A stretch of 64,000 nucleotides of DNA from positions 13,540 to 77,539 of the forward strand of contig JBAZOO010000011.1 of assembly GCA_041648735.1 (NCBI GenBank), read 5' to 3'. Position 1 is the stretch's first letter, and every line of letters begins with the position of its first letter. The notes below the pieces were generated by a model, which ran no database searches, was not told where the DNA came from, and worked only from the letters and a program-made list of their open reading frames with translations. The DNA is from Lentisphaeria bacterium. GTDB taxonomy: Bacteria; Verrucomicrobiota; Lentisphaeria; Oligosphaerales; CAITYL01. Position numbers and translations under genes: made by a program. Shown piece after piece: positions 28,574-41,469 of this stretch.

Positions 28574-29409
28574 TTGGCGCCGGACTCGGCAAGCCCGGGC
28601 TCGTCATCCATCAAGGATTTGAGTTTGGCCATGGCGAGGTTCTGGATCTGCCGGATGCGTTCCCGCGTCCGGCCGACTTCGGTGCTGACCTCTTCCAAGG
28701 TGCGGGGCGGCTCGCCATCGAGGCCGAACCGCATTTTCAGGATCTGTTTTTCACGCGTGTCCAGCCCTTCGAGGAGCAGGAGCAGCCGCTGGGTGGTTTC
28801 ATCGTTGCTGATGGCCATGTCCGGGGTGGCGGCCCCCTGGTCGGCGATGATGTCCTCGAACTTGCCCTGCTCCCCCTCCTGGATGGCTTCATTGAGGGAG
28901 AAGCTGGTCAGGTCCGCGACCTTGAGGCCGCTGACCGTGCGTTCGCTGAAATCGAGATAGGTGGCAATCTCCGTGTCGCTCGGCTCGCGGCCGAACTCCT
29001 CGGCGAGGCGCAGCCGCGCCAGCTTGATTTTGTTGATCTTGCCGGCCGACTGCACCGGCACCCGGATGGTGCGGCTTTGGTTGGCCAGGGCGCGGCGCAT
29101 GGACTGCTTGATCCACCACGCCGCGTAGCTGCTGAACTTCGCCCCCTTGGCGGGGTCGAACTTCTCCACCGCCCGCATCAGGCCGATGTTGCCTTCCGAG
29201 ATCAAGTCGAGCAAGGGCAGCCCCAGCCCCTTGAAGTCATGGGCGATTTTGACCACCAGCCGCAGGTTGCTTTTGATCAGTTTGGCGCGCGCCTCGTCCG
29301 ACCCGGCGGCGATCTCCTTGGCGAGTTTGACCTCTTCCTCCCCTTTGATCAGGGGGATCTGGCCAATCTCCTGCATGTAGACCTTCATGGTGTCGTTCTT
29401 GGTCGGCAT
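28570..29409 (-). CDS. RNA polymerase sigma-70 family factor (regions 2-4, no long region 1)
   Basis: YMQEIGQIPLI, LIKSNLRLVVKIA, DLISEGNIGLMRAVEKFD and FSSYAAWWIKQ, plus region 3 and region 4 HTH. Start at ATG 29409. Confidence 0.9.
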   Translation of the reverse strand: MPTKNDTMKVYMQEIGQIPLIKGEEEVKLAKEIAAGSDEARAKLIKSNLRLVVKIAHDFKGLGLPLLDLISEGNIGLMRAVEKFDPAKGAKFSSYAAWWIKQSMRRALANQSRTIRVPVQSAGKINKIKLARLRLAEEFGREPSDTEIATYLDFSERTVSGLKVADLTSFSLNEAIQEGEQGKFEDIIADQGAATPDMAISNDETTQRLLLLLEGLDTREKQILKMRFGLDGEPPRTLEEVSTEVGRTRERIRQIQNLAMAKLKSLMDDEPGLAESGAK

Positions 29410-29493
29410 CCAAACGGTCTCCCCGCAGCCCGCGACGCTGCTGTTTCCCCGCGTGAACGGTGCGCCTGCCGGGTGAACCCCGGCGGCCCCGAT

Positions 29494-29521
29494 AGTATAG
29501 CGGGTTGTCAACCCAAGTCAA
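29494..29521 (-). promoter_or_regulatory. sigma70-like promoter candidate (TTGACT-16 nt-TATACT) for the sigma factor operon
   Basis: Near-consensus hexamers on the minus strand about 85 nt upstream of ATG 29409. Confidence 0.5.
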
Positions 29522-29719
29522 CCCCCCCGGCCGGCATGGCCGAACCCGCTCCGGACGCCACACCTATGCAGACAACCGCCGCCGCCGCCGGTTCCCGCCG
29601 CCGCGGGGCATTGCATCTTGGGCAATGATGCGCCATGCTATGGGGCCAGGGTGTCGCTGGCGCCTTGCAATGGCTGCGCCACGCAGATTCAAGGGGCACG
29701 AAGTCAAATTGAAGGAAGG

Positions 29720-32993
<3,274 letters not shown>

Positions 32994-33004
<11 letters not shown>

Positions 33005-33890
33005 CGGCGCCCATCTGGATCCCCTTGACCATGTGCTTCTGCATGATGATGAAGAGGACGACCATCGGCAGGACCGACATGGTGACCCCGGCCATCAGCA
33101 GGTGGGTGGTCTGGCCGCGCGACGAATCGAAGTAGAGCAGGCCGATGGGCAGGGTGTATTTGTTGATGGACTTGAGCATGACCAGGGGCCAGAAAAAGCT
33201 CTGGTAGTTGCCCATGAAGGTGAAGATCGTCAGGGTGATGAGGCCGGGGCGGGCGAGGGGCAGGATGACGTCCCAGTAGAGGCGCCATTTGCTGGCGCCG
33301 TCGATTTCGGCGGCTTCGTCCAGGCTGGTGGGGATGGTCATCATGAATTGCCGGAGCATGAAGGTGCCGAAGGCGGAGAAGGAGGCGGGGACAATCAGGC
33401 CCAGGAAGGAATCCACCCAGCCGAGGGTGATCATGATCTGGTAGTTGGGGATCATGACCACGAGTCCGGGCAGCATCATGGTTGAAAGGTAGAGCAGGAA
33501 GCACTTGTCGCGGCCGGGCCAGTTCAGGCGGCTGAAGCTGAAGGCGGCGAGGGAGCTGGTGAAGACTTGGAGGAAGGTGACCCAAGTGGCGACGAAGAGG
33601 CTGTTCCAATAGAACCGGCCGAAGGGGATGACGTTGAAGACCTCCGCATAGTTCCCCCATTGGAACGCCTTGGGCATCCATTCCGGGAGGCCGATTTCGG
33701 AAAGTTCCTTGAGGCTGGTCAGGACCATCCAGAGGAACGGCAGCATGAAGGCGAGGCTCATCCCGACCAGGAGCAGGTGCAGGAGGCTGATGCCGAGGGC
33801 CTCCTTCTGGATGCTGCGGTCCTTCGCCTCTTTCCAGGACGCCGCCCTGGCCTCCTGGCTCACCCCGAGCATTTCTTCAGTCGTTGACAT
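32994..33890 (-). CDS. carbohydrate ABC transporter permease (MalG-type)
   Basis: Six TM helices and an EAA loop (LDEAAEIDGASKWRLYWDVILPLARPG). Confidence 0.9.
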
Positions 33891-35361
33891 ATTTGCTCCC
33901 GAACTTCCAGTTGATCATGGTGACCGTGAAAACCATGGCGAAAAGCATCCAGGAGATGGCGGAGGAATAGCCGAGCCGCCCGGTGGCGAAACCTTCGTTG
34001 TAGATGAAATAGCTGAGGGTCGTGGTTGAGCCGGCGGGGCCGCCCTGGGTCATGGTCCTGGCCATTTCGAAGCCGCCCTGCAAGCCGCCAATGACGGTCA
34101 TGACCACAATGAAGAAGGTGATGGGGGCGAGCTGCGGCCAGACCACGTGCCAGAATTTCTGGAAGGGGCTGGCGCCGTCAATGTCGGCGGCCTCCTCCAG
34201 TTCCGGGGGGATGTTGCTCAGGCCGGCCAGATAAAGGAGCATGTTGTTGGAGCCGATGGCGCCCCACAGCCCCATGATCATGATGGCCGGCTTGGCCCAT
34301 TGGTAGCTGGCCAGCCAGTCGGGGGGCGTCAGCCCTTCGGCGGCGGCGGCCATGGCGGGAAGGTTGTGGAAGACGACCGCGAAGCCGAGGAGGATGAAGG
34401 TCGGCACCAGGGCGGCCATGGCGAGCGTGAATGCCGTCCCCACCCGGCTCCAGGTTGCGCAATGGAACTCCCGGCCCGCCCCTACCCGGACGGCTTGGAT
34501 GCCCGCCACAATGGCGGCGGCGGCGGGGATTCCGATCTTCATGATGCCGAGAGGCGACCAGGTGGCGACGAAATAGATCGGCAACAGGGTGAAAAAGGCG
34601 CCGATGCCGAGGGCGCAGTGCCCGATCTCACCGTCCCGCCAGTGGTTGGCCAGGGAGCGGAGGATGTGGTTGACGATCCAAACCATCAGCAGTGCGCAGA
34701 GCAGGATCAGCCCGCCCATCACCCAAGGGGGGAGTTGGTTCACGGCTTTGCCCAGGGCGGCAAGCAGCGGTGCGAGCACGGCGTTGATGGGGCCGGTCTG
34801 GGGGCTGTAGAGCTTTTTCCAGAGCAGGTAGACGGCAACGCCCGAGGTGAAGTTCGGGAGATAGAAGAGCACCCGGTAGACCGTCTGGCCGAAGAGGATG
34901 CCGCTGATCAGGGTGATGCCGCCGATTCCGGCGATCAGGATCACGACGGCGGCGGCCCCCAGCCCCACCAGCGTGAGCAGGAGGCAGGAAGCCAGGAGGA
35001 TCGCGCCCGGCAGGAGGATCTTGAAGGCGCCGGACTTCTTCCCCTTCAGGTCCTTGTTCAGCAGGATGGCGGCGAACAGGCTGCCGGCGATGGCGACGGG
35101 CGCCCCCATCATGAGGAAGAGGGTGTTGCCCAAAAAGCGCCAGAAATCACGCTCCTGGAAAAGCCGGATGAAATTCTTGAAGCCGACGAACTGGATGCTC
35201 TCCTCGGGGTGGAACATGTTGTGCAGGGTCAAGTCCCAGTTGCTGAACGCCAGCACCATGCTGAAGAGCAGGGGCAGGGTGGTGAAGGTCAGGAACCCGA
35301 GGATGTTGGGCGTGAGGAAGCCAACGCCCGCCAGCAGGTTGGTGATTTTTTTGCTTCGCAT
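33877..35361 (-). CDS. carbohydrate ABC transporter permease (MalF-type, extended)
   Basis: EAA loop ELEEAADIDGASPFQKFWHVVWPQLAP and multiple TM helices. Confidence 0.88.
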   Translation of the reverse strand: MRSKKITNLLAGVGFLTPNILGFLTFTTLPLLFSMVLAFSNWDLTLHNMFHPEESIQFVGFKNFIRLFQERDFWRFLGNTLFLMMGAPVAIAGSLFAAILLNKDLKGKKSGAFKILLPGAILLASCLLLTLVGLGAAAVVILIAGIGGITLISGILFGQTVYRVLFYLPNFTSGVAVYLLWKKLYSPQTGPINAVLAPLLAALGKAVNQLPPWVMGGLILLCALLMVWIVNHILRSLANHWRDGEIGHCALGIGAFFTLLPIYFVATWSPLGIMKIGIPAAAAIVAGIQAVRVGAGREFHCATWSRVGTAFTLAMAALVPTFILLGFAVVFHNLPAMAAAAEGLTPPDWLASYQWAKPAIMIMGLWGAIGSNNMLLYLAGLSNIPPELEEAADIDGASPFQKFWHVVWPQLAPITFFIVVMTVIGGLQGGFEMARTMTQGGPAGSTTTLSYFIYNEGFATGRLGYSSAISWMLFAMVFTVTMINWKFGSKYVND

Positions 35362-35362
35362 C

Positions 35363-36961
35363 CTATTCCGCCTCCAGCCAGCCCATGTCCTTGTAATACT
35401 TCTTGTGGAACGGATTGCTGATCAGTTCCAGCGGAACCTTTTTCCCGGCCTTGCGCAATCCGTCAATCTTTTTTTGGATTGCCAGTTGCCGGTTGTATTC
35501 CGGCCGAAGCTTGGGATTCTCTTTCAGTTTCCGGGCGATTTCCTCATTGATCCGCTGCTCGCAGAGCTTCACTGCGTCTTCGGGTGACATCAGGTTGGAA
35601 AGGACGGCGTCCCGGCAGTCTTTCATGTAGTTGTTGTAGACCAGGTTATTGGAGACGAAGGGGGATTTGGTCATGACAATGGAAATGGCCACGGCATCCT
35701 GGGCGAATTTCTTGTGGACCCGCCATTCGTTCGGGAACTCCTTCGGCTGGAGATATTCTTCGCGCAAGGTGTAGATGGGGTTGGGCGGGAGGGCGTCGGC
35801 ATCCGCCACAATGTTCATGTTGTACTCCTCGCTGGCAAGGTAGGCCAGGAAATACTTGGCCAGTTCCTTGTGCTTGCCGCCTTTATAGACAAACGCGGCC
35901 CTTGTCGCGATGGTGGTGTTGGGATAGCCGCCATTGGGGAATTCGACGGCGTCAAGTTCCAGCTTGCCGAATTCGCGGAACTGGATCAGCGCATAGCGGC
36001 CGACGGGGACCATCGCGAATTTGCCGCTGAAGAAGAGCTGGAAGCCCGCCCCGCCGTAGCCGACCTCGCTGGTGAAGGAGGCGCTTTCGGCGGCGGATGG
36101 GACGAGGTGATCCTCATTGATCCATTTCTTGTTGAGCTTGAGGGCGTTCCGGTAGCCGTCATGGCCCGCTCCCGTCAACTGCGCCCGGGTCAGCGTCTCG
36201 TTGAACACATCGGTGCCGAAGGAGCGCATCAGGGTGAGGATGTCGATGTCCGCGCTCCAGAAGTACTGGCGCCTTTCCAGCCCGCGGTTGGCGACCGCGA
36301 CAAACTCCTTCCCCCGGCGCTCGAACTCGGCGATGTCCCAGCGCATCGGCGGCGCTTCCAGGCCAAGTTCCTTGAAAATCCCGAGGTTCACAAAAAACAT
36401 GTTCGCGGAGACATTGCAGGGGAAGAGGTACTGCCGGCCCTGCACCTTGAGGTCGTCCTCCAGCGACGGATAGGTCTTCGCCGGATCGAACCCCAGCCGC
36501 TTCGCGTCCTCGGTGACGTCTTCCATGATCCCCATCTCCTGGAAGTAGATCACGTCGCCACCCCCGCAGTCCATCACATCGCCGCCGACCCCGGAAATGC
36601 TCTGGATGATCAGCTTGGATGGTTCCCGGTTGGCGCTGTCGATCCGCAGTTCGCAGTCCGGATAGTTGTTCTTCCGCATCCACTCCCCGAAGTTCTGGAT
36701 TTGCAGGGTGCGGGCGGGGTTGTTGTCGGTGACCCAGTAGATGACGGGCTTGTCGGCGGCGCGCTCGCTGGTGAGCCAGAAAGTCACCAGGCTGGCGCCG
36801 ACGAGAATGCTCAAAAGTGTGGCAAAGAGGTATTTCAAAAGAATGGCTCCAGTTGAAATTTCCGTTCGGCGTTCAGGTTGGGGCGGTGGGGCAAGGGGGG
36901 CGGCCTTGGCAAATGGGGCGCCATCCCGAAGGGGAAGGCCGGCAAAAGCGGGGCGCGCCAT
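35363..36961 (-). CDS. ABC transporter extracellular solute-binding protein (family 1), membrane-anchored
   Basis: N-terminal anchor LFATLLSILVGASLVTFWL followed by an SBP-like body. The true start is probably internal (for example TTG 36838); the ORF maximum is given. Confidence 0.7.
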   Translation of the reverse strand: MARPAFAGLPLRDGAPFAKAAPLAPPPQPERRTEISTGAILLKYLFATLLSILVGASLVTFWLTSERAADKPVIYWVTDNNPARTLQIQNFGEWMRKNNYPDCELRIDSANREPSKLIIQSISGVGGDVMDCGGGDVIYFQEMGIMEDVTEDAKRLGFDPAKTYPSLEDDLKVQGRQYLFPCNVSANMFFVNLGIFKELGLEAPPMRWDIAEFERRGKEFVAVANRGLERRQYFWSADIDILTLMRSFGTDVFNETLTRAQLTGAGHDGYRNALKLNKKWINEDHLVPSAAESASFTSEVGYGGAGFQLFFSGKFAMVPVGRYALIQFREFGKLELDAVEFPNGGYPNTTIATRAAFVYKGGKHKELAKYFLAYLASEEYNMNIVADADALPPNPIYTLREEYLQPKEFPNEWRVHKKFAQDAVAISIVMTKSPFVSNNLVYNNYMKDCRDAVLSNLMSPEDAVKLCEQRINEEIARKLKENPKLRPEYNRQLAIQKKIDGLRKAGKKVPLELISNPFHKKYYKDMGWLEAE

Positions 36962-37029
36962 CCGCCGCCCGAGGCCGTCCAGAACCGGGTAATATCTCCC
37001 GGAAAGGGGGGAGATGCAAACGCTTGGGA

Positions 37030-37063
37030 CTTGAAATTTGAAATTGGGGAATCGGGATTCGGC
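37030..37063 (-). repeat. low-complexity G-poor spacer (minus strand GCCGAATCCCGATTCCCCAATTTCAAATTTCAAG)
   Basis: Lies between the isomerase stop and the solute-binding protein gene. Same flavour as the other spacers. Confidence 0.6.
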
Positions 37064-37076
37064 GCCCCATGCACTT

Positions 37077-38528
37077 TCACCCGGGGATGGCCACGCATTC
37101 GATGCCGAAGGCGGCGGCGACCTTGCGGATGGCCGCGGCGCGGTGGCCGAGGCCGAGGGCGAAATGGTGGGTGGGGCCTTCGGCGACCCAGCGGGTGAGG
37201 AAGGTGCGCACGTCCGGCTTGAACCGGCCGTGGGTGTTGGTGTTGCCGGTGGGCGGGACCGGGCCGGCGACCGACTCGCCCTCGGCGACGATGAACTTGA
37301 ACTTGCCGTCGGCCTTCACCCCGATGCTGAGCATGGTGATCGGGCCGTCCTTGATCCGGAATTCGACGCTGGCGCCGGAGCCGGGCTTGCCGTGGTACTG
37401 CTTGAGGCTGCGGATGACCGGCTGGCCAGCGGCGATGTTGAGGTGGTGCGGGCCGTCGTGGCCGACGAGGACGGAGTCGCGGCGGAAATCAACGGGGTGG
37501 AACTCGGCGAAGCTGCCGCCCATGTCGAGCCGGTCCAGGATCATCATGGCCACGCAGGTCTTGAGGTCGAACTCGCCGCACATGGGGAAGCCGGCGCTGG
37601 TGAGCAGGGAATTGCCGACGATGAGGTTGGTGACCAGTTCGCGCATGGGGGAGCCGGGCTCGGCCTCGTAGTAGTAGGCGAGGCCGTCGAGCGCCTTGTC
37701 CTCGATGAACCGCTCCAGGGCGACGGCGGCGCGGGCGGCGGTGGCGAGGTCCTTGTCGGTGAGCTTGGTGGTGAGGGGGTCGGAGACCGGGTCGGGGGTG
37801 GCGAAGAACTCCAGGATTTCCCGGCTCTTGGCGGCGATGGCGTCCGCGGAAACGTCCCGGTAATGCTTCATGATCTGGTCGGGCTCGCACTGGACGACGT
37901 GGGCGCCGAAGGCGGCGGTGACGGCGGTGGGGTCGGTCTGCATGTCGAGCATGGCTTCGAGGACGTGGCCCAGGTGGCCGAAGCGGGCGCGGCGGAGGGA
38001 GTGGACGGCCTTGGCGACGGCGCACCATTCGGCAATGGCGGCGTCGGCCACGGGGTCGTCGTGGAGGGTGCCGAGGATGACCTCCGGCGCCGGCCGCCCC
38101 ATGCGGATGGCGACGCCGGTGAACTCGGGCACGGAGCAGAAGTCGTCGTTGCAGAGTTGGACGTAGGTCCGGGCGTTCGGATAGTCCATGGCCTTGAGCG
38201 GCTGGAGCGCGGCCAGGACGACGGGGATCTTGAGGTCGCGGACGATGGCGCCGAAGGTTGCGGAGGTCGCATAGGTGAGCATGTCCACGAAGAGGAGGTC
38301 GGGATCGAACGCCTTGATTTGGGGCAGTGCGGCCTGGGCGGCCTGGGCGTTGTCAACCATGCCGAAGCACTGGACCTTGACGCCATGGGCGCCGACCTTC
38401 CCCAGGAAGACGTCAAGCTTGCCCATCAGCTCGTCGCGCAGTCCGGGGAACTGCCCCCAGTAGGTGTCGAGCCCGACGCCGATGACCGCGACGTTCGCCG
38501 TGAGTTCATTCCGCCGTTTGACTTGCAT
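37077..38528 (-). CDS. L-arabinose/L-fucose isomerase-family sugar isomerase
   Basis: About 480 aa, ...VIGVGLDTYW...GHLGHV...MCGEFDLK...VGHDGPHH...THHFALGLGH... resembles the AraA/FucI-like fold family. Confidence 0.7.
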   Translation of the reverse strand: MQVKRRNELTANVAVIGVGLDTYWGQFPGLRDELMGKLDVFLGKVGAHGVKVQCFGMVDNAQAAQAALPQIKAFDPDLLFVDMLTYATSATFGAIVRDLKIPVVLAALQPLKAMDYPNARTYVQLCNDDFCSVPEFTGVAIRMGRPAPEVILGTLHDDPVADAAIAEWCAVAKAVHSLRRARFGHLGHVLEAMLDMQTDPTAVTAAFGAHVVQCEPDQIMKHYRDVSADAIAAKSREILEFFATPDPVSDPLTTKLTDKDLATAARAAVALERFIEDKALDGLAYYYEAEPGSPMRELVTNLIVGNSLLTSAGFPMCGEFDLKTCVAMMILDRLDMGGSFAEFHPVDFRRDSVLVGHDGPHHLNIAAGQPVIRSLKQYHGKPGSGASVEFRIKDGPITMLSIGVKADGKFKFIVAEGESVAGPVPPTGNTNTHGRFKPDVRTFLTRWVAEGPTHHFALGLGHRAAAIRKVAAAFGIECVAIPG

Positions 38529-38556
38529 GGGTGGATCCTTCCGTTTTGCGTCCAGT

Positions 38557-40989
38557 TCAAGCGAGAATTTGGATCATCAGTTCGCCGGTGACATTTTCCA
38601 CTTCCAGGCAGTCGCCGTCGGTCGTCGCGACGGGCCGGGCGTCGGCCCAGTCGCCACCAAGGAAGGGATGTTGCGGATTCCGCAGGAAACGGACCTTGGC
38701 CGCCTTGCCCGTTTCGGGGAGGAAGCGGACCGTGGCGCCCTTCAGCCCCTTCACCAGGATTTGCCGGCGCAGGCAAATCTCTTCGGCGGTGCTTTCGCCG
38801 GCGGCGACGAAGCCGTCATCCTGGGCGACGAAGACGCGGCATTCCTCATGCCAGCTCCGGGGCAGGCGGTAGCAGGCGTAGCCGGCGCGGAGGACGGTTT
38901 CGGTGCCGGTGAAGATTGGCGCGCCCAGCGGGGTCTTGAGCCGGATGCCAGCGGTGAGGTCTGGGGTGAAGCCGGCGAAATGGAGGGCGTTGTCGTGGCG
39001 GGCGATGAGGGTGATGGGGCAGCGGGCGCCCCATTCCCGCTTCTCGAAGCGGATGGTCCAGCCAAATTCGGCGAGCAAGAGCCCCGGCAGCCGTTCCAGG
39101 TGGAAGTTGAGCGCGGGATCCCGGGGCGCGAGGTGCTGGCCGCCCTCGCCGGCCTTGCCCGAGACCGTGCCCCGGAGCCAGACGGCACGGCCGCCCTTCC
39201 AGGCCGGGAGGGCGCGGGTGGCGGCGATGACGCGGGTCTGGGAGCCTTGGGCGGCGCTGGCCAGCACCGTGGTGGCGGCATCGCCGGCCATCGCGTCAAG
39301 GCCGCCGCCGGAGACCAGGGGGTCATGGTGGAAGGTGGCGGGGATGGCGCCCGCCGCCACGGCGTCCAGTTCCAGGGAAGAAATGAAGGTGAAGTCGCCG
39401 GAGAGCGGCGGCGCCGGCGCCAGGCCGATGAGTGACCGCAACCGCTCCGGCGCGCCGGCGAGGGGGCCGTAGAGCATGGCGCGGCCGCCGCCGGAGACAA
39501 AGGCGGCAATGGCGGCGGCGCACTCGTCGGACAAGGTCCCGCACGGAGCGAAGAGGATCGAGGCCTTGTAGAGGTCCGGCTTTTCGCGGAGCGTCTTCAC
39601 GAAATTGGCGCTGCTGACCACGGTGTTGAGGGGGAGCCCGTGGTTGATGGCGCCGCAGACAAACCAGTCGCCGAAGAAAATGGCATCGAGCCCGCGCCCC
39701 GCCGCGACTTGGTCGTGGATCTCGTCGAAAGGGTAGACCCAGACCAGCGGCCCGGGACTGTCGGGGGCGGTGGCCAGCGCTTCGAGCAGCTTGGGAACGA
39801 CCTCCAGGGGAACCTGGTCCGGCATCCGGCCGAAGGCGTCGTCAACCGTGAGCAGGGAGAGATGGTCGGGGGTGCGGATGGCGCCGGTGGCGTCGAGCCG
39901 GGCGATGGTGAGCGGGAGGAAGATGTCATGGCTTTCGCGGTGGTAGCGGTCGAGCCAGGGGCTGTTCTTGAACCAAGGGTCGTGGAGGTAGAAGCGGAAC
40001 TGGTAGGAGCGGTCATCCGGGACTTCCGCGATGTGGGCCATCCAGCCGCCGAGTTCGATGCCGAAGTCGCCGTCCATGGCGGCCCAGGGGGAGTTGGGCG
40101 GCGGCAGCGGCTTGAAGGTGCGGTAGATCTCGCGGATCGGCACGCCGTCGGAGGCGACATCCACGCCGGTGGGGAAATTGCTGCCCCGGCAGTGGACGGG
40201 AAAGGCGCAGGCGGCGGTGAACTCCGTCCAGAAATCCAGGATGCGTTTGCGGGTTTCCGGGGCGCGGGCGTTGGAGAAGCTCTTGCCGTCGAAGAGGGCG
40301 CCGGTGTAGGACCAGCTTTCCAGGCCGAAGCCGAAGCCGTTGGAGAGCCAGATGGCGTCGAAGCCCATGTCGCTGAGGAAGAGCTGGGCCTGGCGGCCGA
40401 GGAAGCGGCCGAACGGCTCGCCTTGGGGGATGCCGTTGGGGTAGGAGGCATAGGCGCGGGTGTCGGCGTTGAGGGTGGCATAGCAGCAGACGAAGCTGGG
40501 GGCGCCGCCCCAGCGGCAGAGGCAGATTTCCGGATGGCGCTCGTACTTGAAGGCGGACTTGGCGAACTCCGGGCCGGGGTCGAAGGTGGCGATGACGCGG
40601 ACGGGCTTGCCCAGGGTTGCGGTGCGCGCCTTGATTTTCCCCACGAGCCCCTTCAGCCAGGCGTAGGTGAACTCCGGCGGGTTTTCCATGTAGGGATAGG
40701 GGTGCTTGTGGATGCCCAGCCCCTCCGGATCGCTCGGGCTGGTCCCGCCCCAGCGCGGGTTGGCGACGCCGATCCACTTGGCCCATTCGAAGGTGGCGGC
40801 GGGGTTGCGGTTGTAGTCCAGGATTTCCGAGCCGTCGGCGGCCCAGAGCATGACGGAGACGGCCTCGGCCCGGTCGGTCAGCTCGCGCCATTGGCGGAAG
40901 AGCCGGTCCAGGACGGCCTCCTGGGTCGCCGCGGCGGTGTCGGTGAACGGCTTCAGGCTCATTTCAAGATTGACATTCGCCAACTTCAT
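38557..40989 (-). CDS. large uncharacterised protein, putative glycoside hydrolase/phosphorylase (no family assigned)
   Basis: 810-aa ORF with strong coding bias. It has TIM-barrel-like segments (..DAIWLSNGFGFGLESW..) and a GATase1-like segment (..ILFAPCG...FVSGGGRAMLYGP..) reminiscent of GH42/GH112 accessory domains. Confidence 0.6.
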   Translation of the reverse strand: MKLANVNLEMSLKPFTDTAAATQEAVLDRLFRQWRELTDRAEAVSVMLWAADGSEILDYNRNPAATFEWAKWIGVANPRWGGTSPSDPEGLGIHKHPYPYMENPPEFTYAWLKGLVGKIKARTATLGKPVRVIATFDPGPEFAKSAFKYERHPEICLCRWGGAPSFVCCYATLNADTRAYASYPNGIPQGEPFGRFLGRQAQLFLSDMGFDAIWLSNGFGFGLESWSYTGALFDGKSFSNARAPETRKRILDFWTEFTAACAFPVHCRGSNFPTGVDVASDGVPIREIYRTFKPLPPPNSPWAAMDGDFGIELGGWMAHIAEVPDDRSYQFRFYLHDPWFKNSPWLDRYHRESHDIFLPLTIARLDATGAIRTPDHLSLLTVDDAFGRMPDQVPLEVVPKLLEALATAPDSPGPLVWVYPFDEIHDQVAAGRGLDAIFFGDWFVCGAINHGLPLNTVVSSANFVKTLREKPDLYKASILFAPCGTLSDECAAAIAAFVSGGGRAMLYGPLAGAPERLRSLIGLAPAPPLSGDFTFISSLELDAVAAGAIPATFHHDPLVSGGGLDAMAGDAATTVLASAAQGSQTRVIAATRALPAWKGGRAVWLRGTVSGKAGEGGQHLAPRDPALNFHLERLPGLLLAEFGWTIRFEKREWGARCPITLIARHDNALHFAGFTPDLTAGIRLKTPLGAPIFTGTETVLRAGYACYRLPRSWHEECRVFVAQDDGFVAAGESTAEEICLRRQILVKGLKGATVRFLPETGKAAKVRFLRNPQHPFLGGDWADARPVATTDGDCLEVENVTGELMIQILA

Positions 40990-41004
40990 CTTCGACCCTC
41001 CGGT

Positions 41005-41469
41005 TCAATACTGGCCAAACTCATGGGCCGTAGCGACCATCGCCAGGAAATTCTCCGGCAGGACGCTGGCGACAATCGAATGGTCGGAGCAGACCACGTA
41101 GCCTCCGTCCTTGGCCAGGGCTTCGATGTGACGGCGCGTGTCGGCGCGGACTTCATCGGCAGTCCCGGAGGAAAGAAGGGCGACGCTGATGTTGCCGACG
41201 GGGCAAAGGCGGTCGCCATATTTCGCCTTGAAGGCATAGATGTCATTCGCCCCGGACTGCAGGGGATGGCAGGCCTCGACTCCCCATTCCAGCCAGTATG
41301 GAATGACCGCCGGCGGCATGGTCCAAAAGTCCAGGTCGTAGCTGGCGCGCCCCAGGCAATGGGCGATGCTTCTGGGGCCGATCCAGACTTCGAAGTTCGG
41401 GACGCGGTCAAGTTTCTGCCGCCGGAACGCCGCCAGCAGCCGGTTGATGTTGGGGCGTTCAGCTTTCAA
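41005..41469 (-). CDS. uroporphyrinogen decarboxylase (URO-D)-like protein, abnormally short (about 154 aa versus about 340 expected)
   Basis: An N-terminal ..LLAAFRRQKLDRVPNF.. and a C-terminal ..YGDRLCPVGNIS..GTADEVRADTRRHIEAL..GGYVVCSDHSI..PENFLAMV..EFG match the family ends. The middle is missing. TTG start overlaps the IclR stop. Confidence 0.5.
   Translation of the reverse strand: MKAERPNINRLLAAFRRQKLDRVPNFEVWIGPRSIAHCLGRASYDLDFWTMPPAVIPYWLEWGVEACHPLQSGANDIYAFKAKYGDRLCPVGNISVALLSSGTADEVRADTRRHIEALAKDGGYVVCSDHSIVASVLPENFLAMVATAHEFGQY

Noticed and set aside
35363-36961. Full-length 532-aa start for the solute-binding protein
   Set aside because: The first ~40 residues are Pro/Ala-rich and precede the membrane anchor, so an internal TTG (36838) is more plausible. 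The maximal ORF is reported with this caveat.
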